From Malacoraja senta (lineage: Eukaryota), in contig JAXLNO010000073.1 in assembly GCA_038087875.1 (NCBI GenBank), positions 496,001 to 560,000 on the forward strand: a stretch of 64,000 nt of DNA, in the 5' to 3' direction. The position numbers and the translations under genes are program-made. Positions 10,540 through 23,700 of the stretch are shown here, piece by piece. Position 1 is the stretch's first letter; every line of letters begins with the position of its first letter. The notes below the pieces were generated by a model that did not search any database, was not told the origin of the DNA, and saw nothing but the letters and a program-made list of their open reading frames with translations.

Positions 10540-13500
10540 AGGCTACCATGGGAAAGTTGTGCCCAATTGCGCAGCACAAAAAATGTCTTTTAGAGCATTT
10601 TCTCGTTCTCTTACTGTAATGACTCCCGTCAAAGAGATGGCCTCCCACTTTGGATCGTTTAGGGCTTTTTCCTTGCCAAGAAACCTCTTCGCTGCTCTCC
10701 AAATCCATGCGACTCTCTTGATCAGTCCAGTTAGAATGCTGAACCGCTTGACATCAACAAGGTTTTGAATAGCTGACCCTGCAGGTGGTCTTTTTCGGTG
10801 TGTTGGTTTCGGTTCTTGTTTCTCTGCTTTGGCTCTTGATAGTGCTGCAACAAAAGCTTTCTTCTGTAACTTGTTGATGTTCTCTCTGGCAGTGGCAGCC
10901 AGTTCCTTAGCTGATTTTATTGGCCACTCACTCACAGGCAATACCAGGAACTTCGGTCCATTTTGCCACTCCGAATACTGATCAAGATCTTGAGGGCTGG
11001 CACCTCTGGTGATTACATCAGCGATGTTTTGTGGGCCAGGAATCCACCGCCAGTCCTGAATGTTGGTGCTTGTTTGAATCTCTCCAATCCGATTGGCGAA
11101 GAATGTCTGAAATCCGTAGCTTTCTCGCTGTATTGCACCAAGGATTGTTTGGCTATCCACAAGATGATACCACTTCTCCACTTGAATTCGACTGTGTAGC
11201 TCGAAATACTTCTTTAAGCGTGAGGCGAACACTGCTCCGCACATCTCTGCTTTAACAGCGTCTCCTCTGTGGTCCAAGGGAGTTAACTTGGCCTTGGATT
11301 CCACAAGTCTGACAATTAGGCCATGGTCTGATTCCCATCTCAGGAACATCACTGCCCCGTAGGTGTGCTCACTTCCGTCAGAAAAGGTAATCCCCAAGGG
11401 TTCAGTTGCGGAGCAAGAGGGAGTCAGTGCCCTGACGAACTTGACTTTTCCTAGTTGTACATACTCTTCAAAGAGCTTAATTGCATCCTCCCTGAGTCCA
11501 TCTGAGAGTGCCATGTCCCATGTGTCTCTGACCGAACAGCTACCCTCTTTTGCTTCTTGGAAAGCTCTGCGTACTAAAATCGCTCCATTTTGCTTAACAG
11601 GAGCCACTATGCCGATGGGGTCATATAGCCCTGCTACGTGGCTGAGAAGCTCTCTTCTTGTTAGGGGAATTGGCGTCTGAGTTTTGATTTGCTCTTGTAG
11701 AAGGCCTTGACCAAGCCGCATCTTTTTCTTTCTCTTGGAGAAATTGATTCCCACCATAACGTGGAGCATGTCCTCTTCAACAATGTAGCCCAGACCAAGT
11801 GCCTTGTTATCATCATCATGCATTTGGTTTGGTAGGATCATGGTTTTTGTTTTGCTCTCCTTTAAAGTATCACTGTCCTCTTTCCTCCCACTTTGGCCAG
11901 ACAGAACCCAAGGCTTGAGCTCAAACCCACCAGCTTTCAGGATTCGTTCCACATTTGCTGTGATGATTCTCAACTGGTCGAGGCTGTTGTGAGATGTGAG
12001 GATGTCGTCAACATAGCTGTCTTTCTGGAGTACTTGCTGCTCATCCTTGAGGTGGGTAAAAGAAGGAAGATTAGCAGTCTCTCGCATTGCCAACTGTGCA
12101 ATGCACCCCGCAGGTTTGTCTCCGATGTTCACTCTTGTGATAGCATACTCTCCCAGCTCCTCGTCCTCGGAATCTCGCCAGAGGAATCTGTGCAAGTGTA
12201 CTTCACGGTCCTCCAACCAGACTGAGTTATACATCTTCTTTATGTCTCCCAGAGCAGCATAGATTCCGCCTCTGAATCTGAGGAGGACGGCGCGAATTTG
12301 GTTGAGGACATCTGGAACTTTCATCAGCAAATCATTTAAGCTGACACCATTGCACTTTTGGCTGCTGTTCCACACTAGTCTCACTGGGGTCGTGACAGAG
12401 TGGGGATTTGGAGGAATAAGGTGACTCACATACCACACTGGTCCCTCCCAGTTTGCAATCATGTCTTTGGACAATTTGATTGCAGCCTTTCGGTCCACCA
12501 TGCCGTGCACCTGAGCAGTGTAGGCACTTTTCCATTCAGGTTCTCTGGCTAGCTGCCTCTCCGTCCTGAGAAATGTGGCTTCCACTGTCCTTTTATTATT
12601 TGGTAGAGAAGCTGGGTCTTCCAACCAAGGATAGCTAGCATGCCAATGTGGGTCTTTACTGTGACGGTCTCCTGTTACGTAGGTGAGGCCTTCCCTTACC
12701 ACTTCGAGCTCTCTCTCTTCAGCAAGAGTCATTTATTTTCCGCCTGGCTGGCAGTTTCCACAGCGGCAACCCTCGCACTTTGGCTCGCATGCTGCTCCAA
12801 TGCTATCCCACTTCCACCAATCCAAGAAGTCCCGATTGGCGGTTGATGTACGTGACTTCTGGACTTTGACGGCGCCCTGTCCGTTTGGTGAAAGTTCCTC
12901 TGGGACTGGGGCAGTGAGCTCCTCCTCCCACTTTAAAGCAGCTGCTCTCATTGATCTTGCGAAGTGTGTTTTGGACATGTGGGCTGACATGGTAAGCTTC
13001 TCAAACAGCTCAGGATGACAACCTCCAACAGTCTTTCCCAGTGGTCCATCCCACAGAATGAGATCTCCAACAGTTCTAATCCTCTGAGGCGCTAGCTGAC
13101 CTTCTCTATGACATATGAGCAAATGTATCTCTTTTGGTCTCACAAGTTCCTCAAGTGGGACGTCTTGAAAGAACTTTTGCAGCTGCTGTGTTGTCACATG
13201 TTTGTGAACATCTGCAATGCTGTCCAATCCATAACAAACTAACTGGTGCGACTTGAGTGCGCCCTTGGGAGTCTTCCCTCGGATCTTTAGAAGGTAGCGC
13301 CTTGTCTCTACGTGGACCTTCATCCCCCCAACTCCATGGACGATAAGCGTGATGTCTTCACTCCTAAGGTTCAGTGTACTCGCAGCCTTGTGAATTATGT
13401 AGTTGGTATCTGAAGCCAAGTCAATTAATGTCCCAACCTTTTGTCCAGCATTTGCTACGACCTCCAGAAGCATCATAATCAATGGATGCCCTTGCAGTCC

Positions 13501-14921
13501 ACCTTCCTTTAGGAGGCTTAGCTGATGCTTTGCAGTGTTGAAGGCTCTTGATGCAGTGTTGGAGAACACATCTCGGCATTGTTTTGCCAACTCTGGTGGA
13601 AGTTTGCTGAAAAACTCCTCTTGGTCCACTGTATACTTTTTCTTGCCTTTATCTTCCTCTGGACCAAATTTACTCCTTCTCTGATCCACACTGCTTTTCC
13701 TCATCTCATAATTGGGGCACAGATAAAAATGATGCTCAGGAGTCTGTTCATCCTTGCAGATTTAATTTTTACAGGTTTTACAGGTTTGCAGTATGAACCA
13801 TCATCATGAACTTCAAGACACGTTTTGCATGCTCCCAACTTCTTTACTGCAGCTCTTTTCTCTGTCAGCTTTAGCCCTCGAAACTGCTTGCAGAACTACC
13901 TTTTATGCTTTATGTCACCACAGACTACACAACTTGTGTGGTCATCTCCTGACTTGGTAGACTTGGTTCTGGCATGTCTTGGTTCAGTCCGAGTTTCGTT
14001 TCTACTCGGCTCCACGTCCCTCAGTTGCTCGAGCTGTTCGTATATGATCTCCTGCTCCTTGAGAAATGACAAGAGACTGTCAAACCGTTTCTCTGGTGCC
14101 ACAGCGTTCTTCTTGTCAGCTACATAAACCAGCCATTCCTTTTCGAGGGTTTCTGGAAGCTTGGTTTCAATTGATTTTGTCATCAGTGGATTTTTAATAG
14201 CACCTGTGTCTCCGAGATCGCTCAAGTCCTTAAGCGCCTTTTCCACAGCTTGAATTAATTCCACTATTTTACGTGGCTGATGTCCTCTGACAGGTGGGAT
14301 TCTCTGAAGCTCCTCCACTATCACAATAGCAATAGCTGTTTGATTTCCAAACCAGTTCTCTAGGACACGAAAGATATCATCTGCAGTGTTATAACTTGTG
14401 AGGCGGAGGTCTCTTGTAATTTTGTCCTCCAGACTGTCCAGCAATTGAACCTTCTTCACCTCATTTGATCCAGTGGGTTCACCTTGTTTTTGCAGTGCTT
14501 CCCAATCCTTCCTCCATCTATAAAAGTCACGCTTGTTTCCAGTAAACTTAGGAAGGGCCGTGGGTCTCAGTCTGATGGCTGGTGAATGATATTTGAAAGC
14601 ATTCACCGCTTGTGCTAATCCTTCAGCGTCCTTCTTTATTCTTGCCTGTATGAAGTCAGCCTTCCTGGAAACCAGCTTGGGGACGAGAAGCTCGAGTGTT
14701 CTTAGGTGTTTCTGGAAGCTCTCTTGCTCATCCAGTGGGACCCAACGTTTCCACCGACTGTACGTCTCCTTTGCAGTCTCTACCAGTTTCTGCAGGTGGT
14801 TAAGCAAGAATTCATATGCTTCTTGGTTGCTATTTGATGGTGTGGTGGCAGCAGCAAGTTCACATGCACCATCTGCTGTCTGTAGTGAGGTGGATAATTC
14901 AACATTTCCAAAGTTTGCCCA

Positions 14922-15143
14922 TACTATGGGTGAACTGGGGTTGGGGACTGGACTTCGTGCCTTCCCTCATAGTGGGAGCCATTGTGGGGGGATGTTCAGT
15001 GTTAAGACTATCTTGGTGTTGTGTCTACATTCTCTGTATTCTCTTTTGTGTGTGCTGCATAATGGCAAAAAGCATTTCACTTCACTACACCCGGGTGTAT
15101 GTGAATGTGACAAATAAAATATCTTGAATCTTGAATCTTGAAA
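14922..15143 (+). mobile_element. Non-coding retroposon fragment, copy a, (AATCTTG)n tail
   Basis: Interrupts BEL gag (IQDTL-WANFG restored on removal); stem-loop core 14945-15000. Confidence 0.75.
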
Positions 15144-15541
15144 AAGAGTGTCCTGGATGAGCCCTTTGACCTCTTTTAGTTTCGACTCACACTCCTTTGC
15201 AGTCTTTGCCAGGTTGGCTTTTTGCTGTTCAGTTAACACAGCTTCCTCCTCTGCGTCCAGCTCCGCCACCAGCTCTGCAATGAGTCCAGCCTCCACATCG
15301 TCATTGGCTTCCATGACTTTTTCGGCCTCTTGCATGAGTTTGTTGAAATTGTTCCTGAGCTCCTCTTCAGACATTTATTCATGGTTCCTAATGATGCTGT
15401 TAACAAGACGAGAGAATGCCCGTTTTGCTGTTGTCCTCTCCACCTTGAGCTGCTCAGCTGACTTTCCAGCAACTTCATCAGCCATGATTTATCTTGACTT
15501 AACTGTCTCTTCTCCAGGTATCCAGATCTCCTGGTCACAAC

Positions 15542-15551
15542 GGTTTTTCAC
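15542..15551 (-). other. BEL primer-binding position GTGAAAAACC, not tRNA-like
   Basis: Abuts the 5' LTR, lacks TGG, exactly complementary to LTR 15717-15726. Confidence 0.7.
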
Positions 15552-16277
15552 TGTCAAGTCTTCTAATGTTTTTGTGCAGATTCCCCGCTTGAAAGGGATT
15601 TGATTTATCTACCCCGAAATGATGAACTGGATTCACTCAGACCAAACACTTCTTTTCCAGCTTTTATTTTGACAGATTAGTCTTTAGCAGTTTTTAGCAG
15701 TTTTAGTCTTTACCAGGTGAAAAACCTTTAGACACAAAGGCAAAAAATATACACATTACTGTAACCAAATATAAATAACAGAAAATTACATGTTCAAACA
15801 TTCCAACCATTTTGTAGCCATTTTGTTTTTTTAAATAATTTTCACATTTCATTAAATGAAAAATACAGATAATGCCCATTATTGTTACCAATGTCTTTAG
15901 CTTAATATCATATGAATCTTTACTGTTTTTTAACACATTTTATCATATTTTTTAAAATGCAATTATTTAAACTAACACCGCACATATTTCAAACTTTCTC
16001 AATCAACACGTTAGCCAGACAAGTTTCTCAGATATTAAAGGGTTAAACAGGGTCTCTGGGGCTGCAGTCTTTTCGGACAGTTCTTTTGATTTACTGTTCA
16101 AGTTTTGCCGCCCGCAAGTCTCTTCCGTCTTCATTCCTGGCTTCTGGTGCTGTGTGCTCTTTTGAAAGCCCCGGGCAGACCTCAGCAGCCTGGGGTTCCG
16201 CCCACTTTAATCACTGTCTCGTGATTTCAATTTGCCATATCTCTGCACCTGTTCTTTCATTTCAGTTCGACTTGACA
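15552..16277 (-). repeat. BEL 5' LTR (726 bp)
   Basis: TG...CA ends; AATAAA on minus strand at 15663-15668; lacks about 100 bp present in the 3' LTR. Confidence 0.95.
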
Positions 16278-16282
16278 AACAC

Positions 16283-16489
16283 TATCCTACACTATCCTAG
16301 GGACAATTTTACATTTTTACACCAAGCCAATTAACCTACAAACCTGCACGTCTTTGGAGTGTGGGAGGAAACCGAAGATCTCGGAGAAAACCCACACAGG
16401 TCACGGGGAGAACGTGCAAGCTCCGTAATGACAGCACCCGTATTCGGGTCTCTGGCGCTGTGAGGCAGCAGCTCTACCCGCTGCGCCAC
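16283..16489 (-). mobile_element. V-SINE (HE1-like), host of the BEL insertion
   Basis: gtggcgcagcgggtagagctgctgcctcacagcgccagagacccg head and V-domain on minus strand. Confidence 0.8.
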
Positions 16490-16622
16490 AGAACCGCCCT
16501 TTTACTCCAGCATTTTTTGTAACAGGGAGTTGGGAAGGGGTGGGGGGAGAAGTATTGGGGGCTCTTGAAGGGCATCGAGAACGACTGGCGGACATTGAGA
16601 CATATCGGATGAGCCCACTCAC

Positions 16623-16725
16623 CCAGGAGAATGGCCACGATGCCCGTACCGGAGACCAGCTCGATCATCTTCTGCCCAATGAACGTGATGCGCTCTTCCT
16701 CAAAGTAGCGACACAGAACGATGCC
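16623..16725 (-). pseudogene. EEF1AKMT3: EEF1AKMT3/METTL21B-like methyltransferase, second coding exon (103 bp) with damaged SAM motif I
   Basis: tttcag|GIVLCRYFEEERITFIGQKMIELVSGTGIVAILL-G|gtgagt; matches the family pattern LCxYF..F.GKKVIELGxGTGIVGIL, recognised from memory. Confidence 0.85.
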
Positions 16726-16821
16726 CTGAAACGGCAACAAAGTTGAATAACGTCTCCAGTCAGCTTGCATCTGACCCGGATCAGTAACCAGTTGTAGGAG
16801 TCACAGAGTCATGGGGTCTTA

Positions 16822-17316
16822 TGGTCCTGTCCCACTTCGGAGATTTCCACAGCAACCTCTGGTGACCTTGCCCCCCACCCATGGTCGCAGCTATGTCGCC
16901 ACGAGGTCACAGGAGGTTTTGGTCACTCTCCCTAATGGTCGAAAGTGGTTTCCGCTTGGCCGCGGCTTCATCTTGGTTGCTGCTTTTTTTTCACCGTGAT
17001 TAAAACCGGCCTCAAATAAAAATAGGTCGCCGTTTGAAAAAATCGGTGGGGTCGCTATTTACTTACAGGCAGTCGAAGGCAGCCGTAGGCAATCTCCTTC
17101 GCTGACCGGCCATTTTGATAGGCTCATTGGAGTTTCACGACCTAGAAGACCCACCCATAGGTAAAATGCCCGCTAACTTTATTATACTTATTTGAACTGT
17201 CCCCACTCCTTCTCCCCCCCTCTTCTTTTCCCTTCTCCTCCCCTTCTCTCCCCCCTTGAAGTTCGAAGGCACTCTTCTGCCATCGCGGATTAGGTCGCCC
17301 AAGTGGGACAGCCCCT
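16822..17316. mobile_element. Harbinger-type MITE
   Basis: TIR core ctgtcccactt / aagtgggacag, TTA on both sides. Confidence 0.8.
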
Positions 17317-17354
17317 TTAGACTCTTAGAGTCCTCAGAGTCTTAGAGAGTCTTA

Positions 17355-17793
17355 AAGGCCTGTCTCACGAGTCTGCAGTCATTGGCGGCGAAACAGGAAC
17401 TATCAACGGCTCCTGGGCCGCCAGAGACCGCGGGCTCGGTCAAACGCACAGTGCCGGGGCCGTGCGGCGTTGATCCCAACACCGCACGGTGCAAAAAAAA
17501 TACCCAACACTGTCCAAAAATATGTTCCTACCGCACAGCCGCCGCCAGTGAGGTACGAGTGCGGCACAGCCGCCGCCACAGCCGCCGCCAGTGAGGTACG
17601 TGTGCGGCACGGCCGCCGCCACAGCCGCGCGGTCCGAAAGACGTCATGAGCGGAAACCGCAAGCTCGTGCAACCGGCCGTACTTGACCCCCCGCGCAGCA
17701 TCCGTGCGGCGCTCTCGTGGTTGCCGTGCGATCCCCTCTTCCGGCGACGCCGCGCTTCACCGCCAACGACCGCAAACCCGTGGGACAGAGCCT
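17355..17793. mobile_element. Harbinger-type MITE, GC-rich, with short internal tandem repeats
   Basis: aaggcctgtctcacg / cgtgggacagagcct, TTA on both sides. Confidence 0.75.
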
Positions 17794-17796
17794 TTA

Positions 17797-20700
17797 GAGT
17801 CACGGAGTCATAGAGTCGCAGTCGCAGAGTCGCAAAGTCACAGAGTCACAGAGTCAAAGAGAGACAGTCACAGAGTCACAGAGACACAGAGACACAGTCA
17901 CAGTCATAGAGTCGCAGAGTCGCAGAGTCACAGAGACACAGAGACACATGGACACCGAGTCACAGTCACAGTCACAGATTCACAGAGTCACAGTCACAGT
18001 CACAGAGTCACAGAGACAGTCACAATCGCAGTCACAGTCACACAGTCACGGAGTCACACAGTCACGAAGTCACAGAGTCACAGAGTCACAGCGTCACAGA
18101 GTCACAGTGTCACAGAGTCACAGTGTCACAGAGTCACAGTCATAGAGCCACAGTCACAGAGTCACTGAGTCGCAGAGTCCAAGGGACACAGTCGCAGATA
18201 CACAGTCACAGTCACAGAGACACTGTCACAGTCACAGAGTCACAGTCACTGAAACATAGAGACACAGAGACACAAAGACACAGAGACACAGTCACAGAGT
18301 CACAGAGACACAGAGACACAGTCACAGTCACAGTCACAGTGTCACAGGGTCACATTGTCACAGAGACACAGAGTCACTGAGTCACAGTCACAGAGTAACA
18401 GAGTCACATAGTCACAGTCATAGTCACAGAGTCACAGAGTCACAGAGTCACAGTCACAGAGTCACAGTCACAGTCATAAAGTCACAGAGTCACAGTCATA
18501 GTCACAGATTCACAGGGACACGAAGACAGTCACAGAGGCCCGTAGTCACAGTCACAGAGACAGTCGCAGTCACAGAGACACAGTCATAGTCACAGTCACA
18601 GTCACAGAGTCACAGAGTCACAGTCACAGTCACACAGTAACAGAGTTACACAGTCACAGAGTCACAGTGTCACAGAGTCACAGGGTCATAGAGACAGTCG
18701 CAGAGTCACAGCCACAGTGTCACAGAGTCACAGTCATAGAGTCACAGAGTCACGAAGACACAGTCATAGAGGCCCGGAGTCACATTCACAGAGACAATCG
18801 CAGTCACAGAGACACAGTCATAGTCACAGTCACAGTCACAGAGTCACAGAGTCACAGTGTCACAGAGTCACAGGGTCATAGAGACAGTCACAGTCACAGT
18901 CACAGTCACACAGTAACAGAGTCACACAGTCACAGAGGTACAGTCACAGAGTCACAGCCACAGTGTCACAGAGTCACAGTCATAGAGTCACAGAGTCACA
19001 GAGTCACAGAGAGACAGTCACAGTCACAGAGTCACAGAGTCACAGTCACAGAGACATAGTCACAGAATCACAGTCACAGATTCACAGTCACAGTCATAGA
19101 AACAGTCACAGAGACACAGAGACACATAGACACAGATTCACAGAGTCACAGAGACACAGTCACAGGGTCACGGAGTCACAGAGACACAGTCACAGGGTCA
19201 CAGAATCACAGAGACACAAAGACACCGAGACACAGTCAAAGGGACACAGAGTCGCAGAGACACAGTCACAGTCACAGAGACACTGTCACAATCACAGAGT
19301 CACAGTCACAGAGTCACAGTCATATAGTCACAGAGTCACAGTCACAGTCACAGTCACAGAGACACGGTCACAGTCACAGAGTCACAGTGTCACAGAGTCA
19401 CAGAGACACAGACTCAATGAGTCACAGTCACAGCCATAGTCATAGCGTCACAGGGTCACTGCGACACAGAGACACATACACACAGAGACAGATAGCCACA
19501 GAGTCATAGTCACAGAGTCACATAGTCACAGAGACACAGTCACAGAGTCACAGAGACACTATCATAGAGTCACAGTCACAGAGTCACAGTCATAGAGTCA
19601 CAGTCACAGAGTCACAGATACACAGTCATAGTCACACAGTCACAGAGACAGTCACAGAGTCACAGAGACACTATCATAGAGTCACAGTCACAGAGTCACA
19701 GTCATAGAGTCACAGAGTCACAGAGTCACAGATACACAGTCATAGTCACAGAGTCAGTGTCACAGAGCCACAGAGTCACTGTCAGGCACATAGTCACAGA
19801 GTCACAGTCACACAGTCACAGTCACAGAGTCACAGGGTCAGAGTTACAGAGTCACAGTGTCACATAATCACAGAATCACAGTCACAGTCACAGTCACAGT
19901 CATAGAGTCACATTCACATAGTCACAGTACACAGTCACAGTCACAGAGTCACAGTCACAGTCACAGGGACACAGAATCACAGAGTCACAGAGACACAGAG
20001 GCAAAGATACACAGTCACAGTCACGGTCACAGTGTCACAGGGTCACAGAATCACAAAGACACAGAGTCACTGAGTCACAGTCACAGAGTAACAGAGACAC
20101 ATATTCACAGTCATAGAGTCACAGTCACAGTCACAGAGTCACAGAGTCACAGTCAGAGTCACAGTCACAGAGTCACAGTCACAGTCATAAAGTCACAGAG
20201 TCACAGTCACAGAGACACAGTCATAGTCACAGTAACAGAGTCACATATTCACAGTCATAGAGTCACAGTCACAGTCACAGAGTCACAGAGTCACAGGGAC
20301 ACAGAGTCACAGAGACACGGTCACAGAGTCACAGTGACACAGTTACAGTCACAGTGTCACAGAGTCACAGAGATATAGAGACACAGAGTCACTGAGTCAC
20401 GGTCACATTCATAGTCACAGTCACAGGGTCACAGAGACACAGAGACACAGAGACACAGAGACACAGAGACACAGACTCATAGTCACAGAGTCACACAGTC
20501 ACAGAGACACAGTCACAGAGTCACAGATACACTGTCATAGAGTCACAGTCACAGAGTCACACTCATAGAGTCACAGTCACAGAGTCACAGATACACAGTC
20601 ACAGTCACAGAGTCACAGTCACAGAGTCACAGATACACAGTCACAGTCACAGAGTCACAGGGTCAGAGTCACAGAGTCACAGAGTCACAGAATCATAGTC

Positions 20701-23700
20701 ACAGTACACAGTCACAGAGTCACAGAGTCACAGTCACAGGGTCACAGGGACACAGATTCACAGAGACACAGAGTCACAGAGACACAGTCACAGGGTCACA
20801 GCGTCACAGAGACATAGTCACAGGGTCACAGAGTCACAGAGAAACAAAGACACAGAGACACAGTCAAAGGGACACAGAGTCGCAGAGACACAGTCACAGT
20901 CACAGAGACACTGTCACAGTCACAGAGTCACAGACACAGAGACATAGAGACACAGAGACACAGAGTCACAGAGTCACAGTCAAAGGGACACAGAGTCGCA
21001 GAGCCACAGACACAGTCACAGTCACAGAGTCACACAGTCACTTAAACATAGAAACACAGAGACACAAAGACACAGAGACAAAGTCACAGTCACAGAGACA
21101 AAGAGACACAGTCACAGTCACAGTCACAGTGTCACAGGGTCACAGTGTCACAGAGACACAGAGTCACTGAGTCACAGTCACAGAGTAACAGAGTCACATA
21201 GTCACAGTCATAGTCACAGAGTCACAGCGCCACGAAGACACAGTCATAGAGGCCCGGAGTCACAGTCACAGAGACAGTCGCAGTCACAGCGACACAGTCA
21301 TAGTCACAGTCACAGAGTCATTGAGACACAGTCACAGAGTCACAGGGTCACAGTCACAGAGAGACAGTCACAGAGTCACAGAGTCACAGAGTCACAGTCA
21401 CAGATTCACAGTCACATTCATAGAGACAGTCACAGAGACACAGAGACACAGAGGCACAGATTCACAGAGTCACAGAGACACAGTGACAGTCACAGAGTCA
21501 CAGAGTCACAGAGACACTGAGACACAGAGACACAGTCACAGAGTCATTGAGACACAGTCACTGAGTCACAGTCACAGAGTCACAGTCACAGTCATAGTCA
21601 CAGAGTCGCAGGGTCACAAGGACACAAAGACACAGAGACAGAGACACAGAGACACAGTCACAGAGTCATAGTCACAGTCACAGAGTCACAGATACACAGT
21701 CACATTCACAGAGTCACAGAGTCAAATTCACAGTCACAGGGTCACAGAATCACTGTCACAGGTCACAGTCACAGTCATAGTCACAGAGTCACAGAGTCAC
21801 AGAGTCACAGTCACGGAGACACAGTCACAGTCACAGTCACAGTGTCACAGTCACAAAGTCACAGTCACAGAGACAGTCATACTCACACAGTCACAGAGTC
21901 ACAGAGTCACAGTCACAGAGTCACAAAGTCACAGCGTCACAGTCATAGAGTCACAGTCACAGTCACAGAGTCACAGAGTCACAGGGACACAGAGTCACAG
22001 AGACACAGTCACAGAATCACAGTGACACAGTCACAGTCACAGTGTCACAGTGTCACAGAGACATAGAGACACAGAGTCACTGAGACACGGCCACAGTCAT
22101 AGTCACAGAGTCACAGGATCACAATGACACAGCCATAGTCACAGAGTCACAGTCACAGTCACAGAGTCACAGTCATAGAGTGACAGAGTCACAGTCACAG
22201 TCACAGTCACAGAGACACAGTCACAGTCACAGAGTCACAGTGTCACAGAGTCACAGACTCACAGAGGCACAAAGTCAATGAGTCACAGTCACAGCCATAG
22301 TCATAGCGTCACAGGGTCACTGAGACACAGAGACACAGACACACAGAGACAGAGAGTCACAGAGTCATAGTCACAGAGTAACACAGTCACAGAGACACAA
22401 TCACCGAGTCACAGAGACACTATCATAGAGTCACAGTCACAGAGTCACAGTCATAGAGTCACAGAGTCACAGAGTCACAGATACACAGTCACAGTCACAG
22501 AGTCACATTCACACAGTCACAGTACACAGTCACAGAGTCACAGAGTCATAGTCACAGAGTCACAGGGACACAGAATCACAGAGTCACAGAAACACAGATT
22601 CACAGAGACACAGAGTCACCGAGACACAGTCACAGGGTCACAGAGTCACAGAGACACAGTCACAGGGTCACAGTGTCACAGAGACACAAAGACACAGAGA
22701 CACAGTCCCAGTTCCAGATACACAGTGACAGTCACAGTCACAGAGTCACAGCGACATAGAGACACAGAGACACAGAGACACAGCGACACAGAGTCAAAGG
22801 GACACAGTCACAGAGACACAGTCACAGAGGTACAGTCACAGAGTCACAGCCACAGTGTCACAGAGTCACAGTCATAGAGTCACAGAGTCACAGTGACAGA
22901 GAGACAGTCACAGAGTCACATAGTCACAGAGTCACAGTCACAGAGACATAGTCACAGTCACAGAGACACAGAGACACAGAGACACATAGACACAGATTCA
23001 CAGAGTCACAGAGACACAGTCACAGGGTCACAGAGTCACAGAGACACGGTCACAGGGTCACAGAGTCACAGAGACACAAAGACACAGAGACACAGTCAAA
23101 GGGACACAGAGTCGCAGAGACACCGTCACAGTCACAGAGACACTGTCACAGTCACAGAGTCACAGTCACAGAGTCACAGTCATAGAGTCACAGAGTCACA
23201 GTCACAGTCACAGTCACAGAGACACAGTCACAGTAACAGAGTCACAGCGACATAGAGACACAGAGACACAGAGACACAGCGACACAGAGTCAAAGGGACA
23301 CAGAGTCGCAGAGACACAGTCACAGTCACAGTGACACTGTCACAGTCACAGTCACAGAGTCACTGAAACATAGAGACACAGAGACACAAAGACACAGAGA
23401 CACAGTCACAGTCACAGAGACAAAGAGACACAGTCACAGTCACAGTCACAGTGTCACAGGGTCACAGAATCACAGAGACACTGAGTCACTGAGTCACAGT
23501 CACAGAGTAACAGAGACACGAAGACACAGTCATAGAGTCCCGGAGTCACAGTCACAGAGACAGTCGCAATCACAGAGACACAGTCATAGTCACAGTCACA
23601 GTCACAGAGACATAGTCACAGAGTCACAGTCACAGATTCACAGTCACAGTCATAGAGACAGTCACAGAGACACAGAGACACATAGATACAGATTCACAGA

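Larger units (their letters stand above)
7554..15485 (-). pseudogene. BEL gag-pol polyprotein, broken by stops, frameshifts and insertions
   Basis: MADEVAGKS start, LPKFTG gag motif, Cys/His knuckles, protease LIDLASDTNYI, RT DIKKMY/YVDD, RNase H FSDGSE, integrase H..H..C..C and VDLFGP. Confidence 0.93.
4852..16277 (-). mobile_element. Full-length BEL/Pao LTR retrotransposon with three nested insertions
   Basis: Direct LTRs with TGTCAAGTC...GACTTGACA ends, 5-bp TSD AACAC (4847-4851, 16278-16282), gag-PR-RT-RH-IN order. Confidence 0.96.
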
